64,000 nt of DNA from Gemmataceae bacterium (GTDB lineage: Bacteria; Planctomycetota; Planctomycetia; Gemmatales; Gemmataceae): the NCBI GenBank assembly GCA_036557565.1, contig DATBHJ010000114.1, positions 1,174 to 65,173 on the forward strand, read 5' to 3'. Position numbers and translations under genes: made by a program. Position 1 is the first letter of the stretch. The number at the start of each line of letters is the position of its first letter. Positions 19,456-29,709 of this stretch are shown here, piece by piece. The notes below the pieces were generated by a model. That model did not search any database. It was given only the letters and a program-made list of their open reading frames with translations, and was not told where the DNA came from.

Positions 19456-20604
19456 CTATTCTTCCTGGAGAAGTCGTTGGTAGGCATCCACAATGATGCG
19501 CGTGTGGGCTGCCCAAGTAAATTGCTGCGCGTGGGCCAGCCGCAGCGACCGAGCAGGGGCGGAGCGGGGGTCATCCAACAGGCTATCGACTGTCGCGGTC
19601 CATGCCTCCACATCGCCCAGCGGGCAATACATCGCTGCCGCGCCACCCACTTCGCGCAACACGGGAAGATCCGTCGCCACTACGACGGCGCCACAGGCGA
19701 GGCCTTCGAGTACCGGCAGGCCGAAGCCTTCTGCCTCGCTCGTTTGCAACACTATACTCGTTCGACGGTAGAGGGTCGCAAGCTCCTTCCGGTTCAACCC
19801 GCGGAGTTGAAGCACAGACCCAGCAATCTGAAGTCGGTCGATCTGCTTTCGTTGCTCTTCGGTCCATGATCCGCCCACCTGCACGAGTAGCAGGTCCGGG
19901 TGTCGCGTCCGTACTTGCGCAAACACACCGAGAAGAACGTCGATGCGTTTTCGTGGAATAGAGCTGCCGACGTGGAGCAGGAAGGGTCGATTGTCCAGTC
20001 CTACTATCGCTGCATCTTCTAGTCCTTCGTCGCCTCCTTGAGGTGTAAACTCCGGTGCGATGCCTAAGGGAGCATAGACGAGCCTACAGGGATCGATCAG
20101 CCCATACTTTTCAATTTGCTGCCGAATCAAGCGGCTCTCGTGGAAGACGATCGCGGCTTTCTGGAGACCGTCCAGAACGCGCCGCATTATCCGCCGGAGC
20201 CAGCAGGGCCGCGGTTCGAGGCTTGGCTCCAACACACATCGGAAGGCATCCAGGTCGTGGCAGATTACACCCGTGCGCTGGCTTGGCAGCACGTGCACGA
20301 GTTGAGAATAACTATGATCGCAGATGTGGAAAAAGTCAAAAACACCGGCGTGGCGGCGGAGATAACGCGGATAGTCCCAGAAGCGGTTGAGCAGCCGGTC
20401 GAGGTTCTGCGCACCTTTCCGTTTTCCTATCATCGGCAACACACCCGCGCGACGCCGATATTTAGGGCAGATGCAGGTGGCGCGCACAGAGGCGATGTGG
20501 TCTGTACCGAGGTGACGGCAGAGCATTTCCGCGCATTGATCCATGCTCGGCCAACCCTCTTCAACGAAATCGGCGATCACAGCGAGACGCGGTGACTGAC
20601 TCAC
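19456..20604 (-). CDS. glycosyltransferase family 4
   Basis: EX7E region QTSEAEGFGLPVLEGLACGAVVVATD. The start is uncertain: GTG 20604 (2 nt after the upstream TAA) or ATG 20649. The ORF-track start at 20760 would overlap the FkbM gene by 155 nt. Confidence 0.8.
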   Translation of the reverse strand: MSQSPRLAVIADFVEEGWPSMDQCAEMLCRHLGTDHIASVRATCICPKYRRRAGVLPMIGKRKGAQNLDRLLNRFWDYPRYLRRHAGVFDFFHICDHSYSQLVHVLPSQRTGVICHDLDAFRCVLEPSLEPRPCWLRRIMRRVLDGLQKAAIVFHESRLIRQQIEKYGLIDPCRLVYAPLGIAPEFTPQGGDEGLEDAAIVGLDNRPFLLHVGSSIPRKRIDVLLGVFAQVRTRHPDLLLVQVGGSWTEEQRKQIDRLQIAGSVLQLRGLNRKELATLYRRTSIVLQTSEAEGFGLPVLEGLACGAVVVATDLPVLREVGGAAAMYCPLGDVEAWTATVDSLLDDPRSAPARSLRLAHAQQFTWAAHTRIIVDAYQRLLQEE

Positions 20605-20605
20605 G

Positions 20606-21466
20606 TTAGCTCGCTCCCAGAAACTCTGCAAATCCTGCCGCCTCAGCATTCTCGGAAGGCCAGGCGAATATCTGTGCGTACCATGGCGATTCAAGGATGC
20701 TTGCTCTGCTGCCCAATACCTGGACCCGGTACTGCAGTCCTGACAGCAAGTCGGCGACATCGGCGTTTGTGCCGTGTAATTCTATCAATAGAAGTGGTCG
20801 AACCGCCCGTAATGTCTCGGCGCTCCCGCGCAGGACATCTACCTCGGCACCTTCCACGTCAATCTTGAGAAGGTCGGGGCGCGGTAACTCGCCATTTGCG
20901 TGCAGTTTATCCAGACTTCGAATAGGAACCTGGATGACGGCGGTTTCCTGGTTGACAGGCCCTGTATATGCCAGCTTACCCCAGGTGCTTTCAGCTGAGA
21001 CACGAAAAGCAGCTTCCCCGTCCTGGTTTCCCAGGGCCATTTGACGAATGAAAACGTGATGGAAGCCGTTAAGCTTCAAGTTGTGCTCAAGCCAGTGCGC
21101 ATTTGCATTCACGGGTTCAAAAGCCACGACACGTCCGGTCGGCCCAACCAGTTTCGCTGCAAGGATCGTGAAAAAGCCGACGTTCGCACCGATATCATAA
21201 AAAGACATCCCCGGGCGAAGGAGGTGGTGCAACGCTTCCTGCATATCAGGCTCAGACGTGCCAAGAAGATATCCGGCATTTGCTCCCCCGCAATTGAACC
21301 GGAGGCCACGGCCTCTCCCCTGTTGAATCGTGCCGTCCTGTCGGCGAACGTGGTTGGCGACAAAGTCAAACAATCGTTTGCACACTGGATAACGCCACTG
21401 GATTCGGCTGCCGGTTTGGAGCCAATCTCGCGGCAGACGGCCTAGAAGTGAGACGAGAAAATTCAT
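20606..21466 (-). CDS. FkbM-family SAM-dependent methyltransferase
   Basis: YDIGANVGFFTILAAKLVGPTGRVVAFEPVNANAHWL and LLKIDVEGAEVDVLRGS. Its ATG overlaps the upstream TGA (ATGA at 21463-21466). Confidence 0.9.
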   Translation of the reverse strand: MNFLVSLLGRLPRDWLQTGSRIQWRYPVCKRLFDFVANHVRRQDGTIQQGRGRGLRFNCGGANAGYLLGTSEPDMQEALHHLLRPGMSFYDIGANVGFFTILAAKLVGPTGRVVAFEPVNANAHWLEHNLKLNGFHHVFIRQMALGNQDGEAAFRVSAESTWGKLAYTGPVNQETAVIQVPIRSLDKLHANGELPRPDLLKIDVEGAEVDVLRGSAETLRAVRPLLLIELHGTNADVADLLSGLQYRVQVLGSRASILESPWYAQIFAWPSENAEAAGFAEFLGAS

Positions 21467-22632
21467 AAGGCTCTCCTTTTTGCGGTAGCGCGAACTTCCG
21501 CGAAGAAGTCAAGGTGCTGTCGGGCGACGACGGGCCAAGCATAGCGTGCGTGGGCACGTTCCCGGCCGTGCTCGCCCAATTCGCAACGCCGAATCGGGTC
21601 AGTCAGCAGCTCCTCCAGAGCCTTCCGCCAGCCAACTTCGTCGCTTTCGCCGACAATCAATCCTGCGTCGCCCACGACATGTGGTATCTCCCCGCTGTCG
21701 CTGCCGATGACCGGCACGCCGCAGGCAAACGACTCAATGAGCATACGGCCAAATTGCTCGCGCCAGCGTGTGGTGGTCTGGCTAGGGGCACACAGCATAT
21801 CCATTGCGTTCAGGTAGGCAGGCACGGCATCGTGCTGCACGTCCGTACAAACGCGCACTCGATCGACATGGCGAAGCGACCAGTTCCGGAGGTCGCTTTC
21901 AAGCGGCCCCGCACCGACAAACAGCGCTCGCCACGGGCAAGTCAGGTTATCCAGCACCCGCATCAATAAAGAGAGACCCTTCTCCGGTAGGAATCGGCCC
22001 AAGAACCCTACCACCCGAGGTTCGGTATCGTCCCAGCCGAGCGAACGCCGGATGGACGCTCGCGCCGACGGGTCGGGCTGAAAGACTTTGACATCCACGC
22101 CCAGGGGGATGATCTGACTGGGGCGGTCCCGATACCCCACGCGCTCCCCGAGTACGTCTGCAACTGTGCGACCAAACGCAATCCAGCCGGTTGCACGGGC
22201 GAGGCACGTTCGTTCGAGCCAAGAGAAAGGCGGCGGATATTGTTTAGCCAGGTTTTGGAAGCTGGCGAAGACAAGGGGGGTGTTTTTCCGTTTCCAAAAG
22301 GCCACTTGTCCGCTGGCAACGATAAAGGGTTCCTCCCAGCAGTGGATGATGTCCCAGTGCTGGGAGAGAAGGGACCGTAACTGTCTCCCGTAGAAGAACG
22401 TATGGACATAGCGTGTGAGGTAAGCGTTCACAGGAACGGTTCGACAAGGCTCATCCGCCGAGGCGGCCAGAGCGACTGGACGGAGATCGCGACTTCCATG
22501 GAAGTAGGTGGGGGCGATGGCAGTCACTTCCCAAGTGCCAGCTCCAGCGCGAGCCAGTTCATGCGCCAGGCGGCGGTTAAGAGTTACCACGTAAGAATGC
22601 CCGACGGTCAGTAGCCTTAATGGCAGAGGCAT
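21463..22632 (-). CDS. glycosyltransferase family 4
   Basis: LRLLTVGHSY N-terminus and C-terminal ...FGRMLIESFACGVPVIGSDSGEIPHVV. Confidence 0.85.
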   Translation of the reverse strand: MPLPLRLLTVGHSYVVTLNRRLAHELARAGAGTWEVTAIAPTYFHGSRDLRPVALAASADEPCRTVPVNAYLTRYVHTFFYGRQLRSLLSQHWDIIHCWEEPFIVASGQVAFWKRKNTPLVFASFQNLAKQYPPPFSWLERTCLARATGWIAFGRTVADVLGERVGYRDRPSQIIPLGVDVKVFQPDPSARASIRRSLGWDDTEPRVVGFLGRFLPEKGLSLLMRVLDNLTCPWRALFVGAGPLESDLRNWSLRHVDRVRVCTDVQHDAVPAYLNAMDMLCAPSQTTTRWREQFGRMLIESFACGVPVIGSDSGEIPHVVGDAGLIVGESDEVGWRKALEELLTDPIRRCELGEHGRERAHARYAWPVVARQHLDFFAEVRATAKRRAL

Positions 22633-22764
22633 GAGAGATGGATTCTTTCAAGTCATCTGAGGCCAGCAGTTTATTATCGTTCGCTACAAAGCCGAATCTA
22701 TTATTGGATGTCTCTGTTGTACGCCTCAAACCCGATAGATTCAGCGCAGGCAGACTCTTGGCAA

Positions 22765-23910
22765 TTATTGATCTCGCAAGGTGCGGACGGTTCGCGACCA
22801 GCTGAATCGCTGCTCATACAGGGCCGCAGCTCGATGTCCCAACTCGATCCGCCGCCCAGCGTCTGCCAACAATGCTTCGGCCTCCGCCATTATTAATTCG
22901 GGAGAGTTGGCGGGCGCCAGGGCGACGGCGGCTGTTTCTTGCCAGATTATTTCTGTCAAATCGCCCTGGGTCGTGACCATAGGTCGACCCAGCGCCAGAC
23001 CGGACATCGCGCTCGTTCGACGGCTACTTATCCCATCGGGGTAGGGCTGCAACAGGAGATCGCAAGCAGCTAGGTGTGCGGCGAGTGCCGAGGCGGAAAG
23101 CTCGCCGGACACTTGGATCCGCTCCTTCAAGTAGGGATGCTTGTCAGCCAAGGCGCGGCCAAACGCTTTGCTCCCCCTCCCCAACAACAGCCCGACGCGA
23201 CGTGCATCGGCGGCAAGTAGTGGCGGCACTATGGCGGCTAGCATTTCGCTTATTTGCGATCCAAAAGTGCTAAAATGCCCCAGAATCAAAGCATCGGAAC
23301 ACGGAGCGATTCGCTCTCTCACCTCCTTAGCCTGTTCGTCCGGAACTACTGCTGGAAGATTGCTAGGAATGGGAAGATAAGTGATCGGCCGCGAGGAAGC
23401 CCCCAGCTGCCGGAGGAAGGGCTCCCAGGCAGGAATCGATACAAACAGGCGCTTCCCCGCTCGGATCATTAGTGCAGCCATAAGGCGCGTCACTACGCCC
23501 AGCACCTTGTGGGACAGCGGCTGGCGCCAGACAAGTGGGAAGAATACTTCATGGAACATTACTCCAACATCGTCCCGATGCCGCCTACTTAGCCACCAAC
23601 AAAAAAACAAATTCATGGCCTTAAAGCCGAAGCTATGGGGAACATACTGGACGAGTATGCGGCAAGAGCGGGGTAGGCGATCCAGGGCTTGGCCGAGAAT
23701 CCGCAGGGCCCTTGGTCCAAAATGCCCCGGCAAGCGATGGATCTCGACCCCGCGGTCCCTCGGTTGCGGGCCGGGACAGGCCGGCGCCCACACGTGGACT
23801 TCATCACCCAACTCTGCGAGTGCTCTGGCCAACAAACGGGTGTAATCGCTCACTCCGCCCGGTTGCGGCGGATATTCGCCGGTGATCAAAGCCCAGGTCA
23901 ACGTAGGCAT
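22765..23910 (-). CDS. glycosyltransferase family 4
   Basis: MPTLTWALITGEYPPQPGGVSDYT... and C-terminal ...SAMSGLALGRPMVTT. I prefer ATG 23910; the track start at 23952 is a GTG overlapping the Wzx gene. Confidence 0.8.
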   Translation of the reverse strand: MPTLTWALITGEYPPQPGGVSDYTRLLARALAELGDEVHVWAPACPGPQPRDRGVEIHRLPGHFGPRALRILGQALDRLPRSCRILVQYVPHSFGFKAMNLFFCWWLSRRHRDDVGVMFHEVFFPLVWRQPLSHKVLGVVTRLMAALMIRAGKRLFVSIPAWEPFLRQLGASSRPITYLPIPSNLPAVVPDEQAKEVRERIAPCSDALILGHFSTFGSQISEMLAAIVPPLLAADARRVGLLLGRGSKAFGRALADKHPYLKERIQVSGELSASALAAHLAACDLLLQPYPDGISSRRTSAMSGLALGRPMVTTQGDLTEIIWQETAAVALAPANSPELIMAEAEALLADAGRRIELGHRAAALYEQRFSWSRTVRTLRDQ

Positions 23911-23944
23911 TGAAAAGGGGGCGTTCCGTGAGGAGCTTGGAAGT

Positions 23945-25465
23945 TTAAGCACCCAACAGTAAGGCTCGGGTCCGTGTCATCAGTTCCACACGCTTCTCCC
24001 GGTTAAGGACCACCCACCATGCCAGAGCCAGGTAAAGGAGGATGGCGGATCCCATCTCCACAGCCAGTCCCATCCATCCCTCAGGCTCATGGTTGTGAGC
24101 GATCCACCACAAGCCAGCGACATAGGGCAGACCCAATAGCACAGGCACAAGAATCGCACACATCAATGGACCTAGCTTAGTCTCGAAAACACGTTTCAGA
24201 ACGAGCGGGAGATACCAAACGTAGGTACACAAGGCGGCTGCCAAAGTCCCCACCAGCGGACCAGCTATGCCCAGCGGCCGGACGAGAATCACGCTGGCCG
24301 CTAGGTTAATCGCCGTGGAGATCAGCGTGATTGGCAGCAGGAGCCGCACGTGTCCTGTGCCGACCATACATCCACTCCAGAGGGTGAACAGAGCCAGAAG
24401 GAAGGTATTGACTGCGGCTAACCCGGTGACCAGATCGCCTCCGTAGTGATTGGCTCCCAACCACCAGCGGACAAAATGCCCGTTGTAAGCGACGACGGGC
24501 GCCAGTCCAGCCATCCCTAAAACAGCTACCAAGCCTGTCAATTCTACCAGACGACGATTGAACAAGTCTTGGAAACCTTGTACATGAAGCTCCGCCATAC
24601 CGGCCCAGCTGGCCCCCGAGATGTTGCGTAACTGGTTCTGGGCAAGTGAGATCAGCCGCTGTGTAACAAAAAAAGGGACTACGAATACGGGCCCCAACAT
24701 CAGCGCGATGACGATGGTATCAGACATCAGACCAATTTGAAAGCAGAGAGCCCGCACCAAAGTCGGCCAGCTCAGGTCCCAGAGGCTCCGCCGGAGCTCG
24801 AGATCAGGGGTCTCCTTGAAGATACCTCGGAGGACGCCAGGATACTGTCGTGTGCCAAGCCAGGTGATGGACCCGTACAGCCATACACTGCCGAACACCA
24901 TCGCCAGACTCTGTCCGAAAATGCCCCAGCCAGTCCAGGCGAACAACACCGACAGGACCGCGATCACCAATCCCTGACAAGAGCACAGTCCCGCGATCCA
25001 GTATCCGCGCTGGTTAGCCTCTATCAACGGACGAAATGGGGCAAGGGGAAAAAAGAAGACCATACCGAGGACTGCCAGTAACCAGGCGCCACGCAACTCG
25101 CCGGCGTGTGCCGGAGCCACGGGAATCAGTCGAGTGATAATCAGAGCCGAGGCCAAGCCGGCGAACAGGGCGAACAAACCAAGCCGGAAGTACGCTCGGA
25201 CCGCCGCTTGGAGCGTCTGCCGAACCATCGTGGGATCGCCGCGCCCCAAAGCCTTTGCTAACATTGGATGCAGGGTGCCCCCCAATGCAAGCTCCAGCAG
25301 CACCAGATAGCCAAGCCAATCCTGGGTGACACGGAAAGCCCCGTAACGTTCCTCGCCTAGCCACTGCAAAACCAACTTGGTCGTTAGCAGCCCCACCCCA
25401 GCTAAGAAAAACTGGTTGGCGATACTGCCCACGTAGTTTAAGACAAAACGTCGAGTCCGTGCCAT
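23945..25465 (-). CDS. Wzx-type (MOP superfamily) polysaccharide flippase
   Basis: About 506-aa polytopic membrane protein with 12 or more hydrophobic segments, sitting in a polysaccharide locus. I prefer the start MARTRRFVLNYVGSIANQFF (ATG 25465). Confidence 0.8.
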   Translation of the reverse strand: MARTRRFVLNYVGSIANQFFLAGVGLLTTKLVLQWLGEERYGAFRVTQDWLGYLVLLELALGGTLHPMLAKALGRGDPTMVRQTLQAAVRAYFRLGLFALFAGLASALIITRLIPVAPAHAGELRGAWLLAVLGMVFFFPLAPFRPLIEANQRGYWIAGLCSCQGLVIAVLSVLFAWTGWGIFGQSLAMVFGSVWLYGSITWLGTRQYPGVLRGIFKETPDLELRRSLWDLSWPTLVRALCFQIGLMSDTIVIALMLGPVFVVPFFVTQRLISLAQNQLRNISGASWAGMAELHVQGFQDLFNRRLVELTGLVAVLGMAGLAPVVAYNGHFVRWWLGANHYGGDLVTGLAAVNTFLLALFTLWSGCMVGTGHVRLLLPITLISTAINLAASVILVRPLGIAGPLVGTLAAALCTYVWYLPLVLKRVFETKLGPLMCAILVPVLLGLPYVAGLWWIAHNHEPEGWMGLAVEMGSAILLYLALAWWVVLNREKRVELMTRTRALLLGA

Positions 25466-25602
25466 CAGTACCTGTCTATGATTCTTATGGTCCAGTTCAG
25501 ACTCGCATAGTCCGAATACTCCGAGTTGCCCGCCAGTTGTGAAAGGCGAGCACAACAGACTTACCGCCTACCGTCCAGGAAAGCGGTGGACGATCTCGCA
25601 CA

Positions 25603-25890
25603 CTATTGATTATTCTCATCAGCTTGCGGAAAGCACCATAGCCCAACAGGATTCTCCGCGTCCTCCAACGGTTGTCCGAAAGCGCCTGCGTTTCTCCACA
25701 TGAAACTGACTTCGTCTACCATCTCCAGGCAATCGACGCGCTTACTGTCTCGAATGCGACGGAATGCCAGCCGCTGTGAGTCCACTGACCAAGGATTGCC
25801 CACACTTTTCGCCAGCTCTGCAGTGGTACGTGCAATAGCATTTTCACTAAGGACCAGGCCAAAGTGATTATCCTGGACAGTTCTCTCCAC
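25603..25890 (-). CDS. hypothetical protein (weak; may be part of the degraded gene upstream)
   Basis: 95-aa ORF with no recognisable motif. It overlaps an alternative-frame ORF (25716..25982). Confidence 0.3.
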   Translation of the reverse strand: MERTVQDNHFGLVLSENAIARTTAELAKSVGNPWSVDSQRLAFRRIRDSKRVDCLEMVDEVSFMWRNAGAFGQPLEDAENPVGLWCFPQADENNQ

Positions 25891-25932
25891 AGAATCCCAT
25901 CAGGGCCCCAGGTATTGCGCCAGGCCACCAAG

Positions 25933-26706
25933 TCAGCCGGCCGAGGGCTTTCCCTCGGGTTGAGGTAAAAGCCACTGGTCATTGTGTGTCCGCATGTGAC
26001 CGTCGCGGGAGAAGTGTGGCATCAGAAGGACCTTGTTCACGATGACCCGAGCGGTCGTCTTGAGTTGGCGGAACGCGATTGTGACCTGGGCTACAACCGG
26101 GCAAACAGTCTTCACGGTACTGCTGTCATCTACGGTGGCGACACGGGAATCATCAACGGAGAAAACCGCCTTCTTGCCGAGTGCTTCTTCTGTAGAGTCC
26201 GTATACACTAGGCGGGGCGACAGTTCGGCCTTCTGGCCTGGCTCCACGAACAAGTCTTTCCAGCGCGATCGCACTGCATGGATGGTGCGACCATTGTCAA
26301 TTCGAACGGGCACCCGTATCGTGCCAGCCGGCGGGAGGCCCGGCGCTCGAGTAGGCGGCGGCGAAAAATTCGTGCCGGCCGTTGAGCCATCGAGTAGTGT
26401 TAAGTTCAACGGTCGCCTGTTTCCGTCCGTGAAAAGTGGGCCGAATTATCCGACCATCCACGAAGAATAGCAACCCCTGAACCGACTTCCCCCGTGGGTC
26501 GGCGCTGCCCTTTGACCGGTTGGCGGCCTCTTGAGCATCGGTGGACGATCGGCAGCGACTGTCCACTTCACTGAACCCTGGAGTACTTGGGTAGAGTCGG
26601 GTGAAATCATACGGATCGAGCCTCGGCCGTTGGCCAGGGTGAAGCGAATGACCGCACTCTCCGCAAGTACGTTAGGCTCGGCGAGCATGATTTGCCTCAC
26701 ACCCAT
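25933..26706 (-). pseudogene. degraded gene (possible Ig-like/Big_2-type secreted protein) with two frame changes
   Basis: Three collinear ORF pieces (26446..26706, 26297..26566, 25933..26409) read through if two frame changes are allowed: ...SVKWTVAADR | ...KSVQGLLFFVDGRIIRPTFHGRKQATVEL | NLTLLDGSTAG...ATVDDSSTVKTVCPVVAQVTIAF. Confidence 0.45.
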
Positions 26707-26817
26707 CGATTCCTGTCTATGTTTATTTGTTCACATAACCAGCCATTCACCTTGGCCAGTTGCCGGTATCCGGTAATGCTACTGCCCGATGAATGCTCGA
26801 CCGATTGGCCCTCAGCT

Positions 26818-27678
26818 TTACGCTCCCAGTTTTACGAAGACACGAGCAGTGTTGTCGATGTGATGAAGCAAGACGGGGAACGAGGAATGGGCAAGGAACT
26901 CATCGACCGCTTTGCGGCAGCCTTCCCAACAACCGTAATCATCGATCACGACAACTCCTCCTGGGATAACGAGGGGAAAGAGGTGGTCCAGGCACAGTTT
27001 TGTCGATTCGTACCAGTCGCCGTCGAGGCGTAGTAGCCCGATCGGACCGATCTCAGGGGCGTCCGTAGGCACAGTATTTTGAAACCAGCCGATATGGTAG
27101 TGCAGGAGGTTCTTGGGATAAGCGATTTTCTCCTCTAGGAATTTGCGGTTATCGTCCAGTGTGCCGACGCACTGGCCGATAGAGGCGAGTTTTCCCGACA
27201 TTCGCCCGTTCGCATAAGTGCGGGCTTTCTCGCCATCCGCGCCCTCCTGCGGCTCCGGCAAGCCTTCAAAACTATCAAAGAGGTGTAGGTGGCGTTGTGG
27301 CTTGCCGAAAGCTCTATGGGCAAGCGCCATCATACCGACTGAACCACCTCTGGCGACACCGCACTCCACCAACGCACCGGGGAGTGCATAGCGGTCGAGG
27401 TAGCAAACCTGCTGCCATAGAGTGGCCAGCCGCTCATAGCTACTCATGGAATGGGACTTCACCTGTCTGACAGCTTCCATAATGGCAGGTTCATCATCGT
27501 ATCCGAACGCGTTTGCGGGAGGAGCACTGGAAGCAGGCAAGTGCCAGCATGGCCTCATCCCCAAGTTGCCGACCATGGCGGCGGTAGGTTCCGTGAGGGC
27601 ACAATAGATCATCCGGAGGCGGAAACGGAGGCCGACCAAATTCATAGTGTTTTTACCTACTTTACTGAGATTTGTCAT
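26818..27678 (-). CDS. TylF/MycF/NovP-type sugar O-methyltransferase
   Basis: LVECGVARGGSVGMMA, LHLFDSFEGLPEP, and LLRLDGDWYESTKLCLDHLFPLVIPGGVVVIDDYGCWEGCRKAVDEF. Confidence 0.88.
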   Translation of the reverse strand: MTNLSKVGKNTMNLVGLRFRLRMIYCALTEPTAAMVGNLGMRPCWHLPASSAPPANAFGYDDEPAIMEAVRQVKSHSMSSYERLATLWQQVCYLDRYALPGALVECGVARGGSVGMMALAHRAFGKPQRHLHLFDSFEGLPEPQEGADGEKARTYANGRMSGKLASIGQCVGTLDDNRKFLEEKIAYPKNLLHYHIGWFQNTVPTDAPEIGPIGLLRLDGDWYESTKLCLDHLFPLVIPGGVVVIDDYGCWEGCRKAVDEFLAHSSFPVLLHHIDNTARVFVKLGA

Positions 27679-27741
27679 CGAGTCATCAGCATACCCAGCA
27701 GCGAGCGAGAAGCGAGCAGATCAAGTGAATGGTCAGGCGCT

Positions 27742-28788
27742 CTAGCCCTGCTCCTGGTGTGGAAGTCTATTGGTATGGTTCCCTACGTTACCTCGCAGAT
27801 GCCTTCCTCCTTCTTGGATCGAGGCATGTCGGTGATGCTCCGAACCTTTTACTCCCGGCTTCCTAACTAAACTGCCCAGGCGACCTACCTTGCTCCAGAC
27901 CCAGTGAGCGGTGAACCGTTGTCGCCAACGGTATTTCCACAACTCCCAGCAAGTGGGTGCGGCGTATTTTTTCATCTGCTTTTCGAGCTTGGCCTCGTCC
28001 ACGGCAACATCCAACTGTTCCGCCAGTTCCAAGATGTAAGGGTATTCTACATATCTCCGCCACTCGTTACCCAACGGATAGCAATTTGTCAGGTTGGGAT
28101 TGGTAGCATTGCGAGCCAGAGACTGGGTCGCGAGGATCCGCGTCGGAAGTCCGTAGAACTCCGCCACCTCTCCTACGGCACGAACGTCTCGGAAGAGGCG
28201 ATCAGCCCTCAGCCGCAGATATGGTACTTCCGGGTGCCGCTCATGGACTGCTAAAGCGAAGAGATTGTACTCCGCCCAACGCCACATCGCTTTCTCGAAG
28301 GGCGACATTTGCTCCCAACGTTCTGGGCACACGGGATGAGCGCAACTGCTCTCCAGTGGGTTGGGCTTCTCGAGATAATGGAATGCATCGCGTCGCGTCG
28401 TGGAATCGGGATAGTAATCGCCTAACGTGGAGCAGGAAGCGGCCGTGCTTACTGGTTCGCGTACCAGGTGAACGAGTCGAACACGACCGGGGAAAGTCGC
28501 TATGATCAAAGGGACCAGGGGCGTTGCGGTGCAACCCACGTCTATGTACGGCCGGTCAGCAGAAACAGCGACGATTCTCGTCAAGAGGCTCGCAATGTCC
28601 GGATCCTGGCGCATTACCGCGAAGTCTGCTTCCGCCATTCGCCACAGATATCGCCGCGGTTTCGCATGCCCTTCCCCTAGATCCTCGTGAAGAATCTCAT
28701 ATTCATTTCCGTAGGCCGCCGCAAGCACCGCTGCGAGGTATGTGGTCCCACATCGGCCCGTACTCATACACAAACAAATTGGATGCAT
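27742..28788 (-). CDS. sulfotransferase-family protein (PAPS-dependent type)
   Basis: N-terminal P-loop-like MSTGRCGTTYL (5'-PSB-like) and VRLVHLVREPVSTAAS (3'-PB-like). The start is either ATG 28788 or 28839. Confidence 0.6.
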   Translation of the reverse strand: MHPICLCMSTGRCGTTYLAAVLAAAYGNEYEILHEDLGEGHAKPRRYLWRMAEADFAVMRQDPDIASLLTRIVAVSADRPYIDVGCTATPLVPLIIATFPGRVRLVHLVREPVSTAASCSTLGDYYPDSTTRRDAFHYLEKPNPLESSCAHPVCPERWEQMSPFEKAMWRWAEYNLFALAVHERHPEVPYLRLRADRLFRDVRAVGEVAEFYGLPTRILATQSLARNATNPNLTNCYPLGNEWRRYVEYPYILELAEQLDVAVDEAKLEKQMKKYAAPTCWELWKYRWRQRFTAHWVWSKVGRLGSLVRKPGVKGSEHHRHASIQEGGRHLRGNVGNHTNRLPHQEQG

Positions 28789-28842
28789 GGTCAAAATGCC
28801 CCCCGTTGTGCTTGGGGAAAAGGATGCTCCCGACGGCAATTC

Positions 28843-29709
28843 CTATTGTTTCGTAGAGGCAATCGCTTCGCAAGGTGATCGCAACCTACTTGTGGTCCGG
28901 CTCCATACCTCTGGGGAACAGGCGTGTCCACCGCAAAAGCAAAGGATTGCCAGGTTCGTCCGGGTGATAAGGTGAAGAGGAAGGTGTTCCTGCCTCATGA
29001 GTTTCGGCAGCGCCTTTCGGACGCCGTAGCGTAACGCATCGTGCCAAATGATAAGTCCCCGCTCCCGGTCCACCATGTGCAACGCGCTCTGGCTATCCAG
29101 CGCCACTCCAGCCTCGGAGTGGTCAGCGTCGATGAATACCACCTGACAGCGGTTATAATACGCGGAAAGGTCAACCTTATGCGAGTTACCCCAAAGCTGA
29201 GTAATCTGCCTCGCCTCAGCCGTGTTCTGAAATCGGTGCCCCACTGGAGAGTCTTGCCGGTGGATCGGATCGTCCTCGAGGGGCAAATTGAGCGTGTAGA
29301 CGTGCCCGCAAGGGGCTAGGTTGGCGGCGAGGTTGCGCGTGGTCCGGCCGTCCGCGGTCCCGAACTCGAAGACGACCTGGGCCTCGGCTTGCCGCGTCAG
29401 CGCCGCCAGGGCGAGGAGCTCCAGCTCCATCACGTTGAAAAAGTGCGACGGCATCTCGAGTATCCGGATGGAAGTGTGAGCGTCGATCAAAGACGCGAGG
29501 GATACTTCCGGATAAACACCGCCCTGTTCCGAGCCAAAGCAAATCTCCCCCAGCCGCCAGAGCAAGCGTCGGTCATGGCGACGAAAGAGGGCCGTGATCG
29601 GTAGGACCGCAGCGCGCCCAAGCAAGGCCAGGGCCTTGGCTTCCAGCCGAGTAGCTAGTTTGATTTTGTGCATCTTCGTGTTGATTATGCGGACGATTGA
29701 AAACGACAT
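28843..29709 (-). CDS. class I SAM-dependent methyltransferase (Methyltransf_24-like)
   Basis: VVFEFGTADGRTTRNLA (motif I), VVFIDADHSEAGV and LIIWHD. Its start overlaps the upstream stop by 1 nt at 29709. Confidence 0.7.
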   Translation of the reverse strand: MSFSIVRIINTKMHKIKLATRLEAKALALLGRAAVLPITALFRRHDRRLLWRLGEICFGSEQGGVYPEVSLASLIDAHTSIRILEMPSHFFNVMELELLALAALTRQAEAQVVFEFGTADGRTTRNLAANLAPCGHVYTLNLPLEDDPIHRQDSPVGHRFQNTAEARQITQLWGNSHKVDLSAYYNRCQVVFIDADHSEAGVALDSQSALHMVDRERGLIIWHDALRYGVRKALPKLMRQEHLPLHLITRTNLAILCFCGGHACSPEVWSRTTSRLRSPCEAIASTKQ

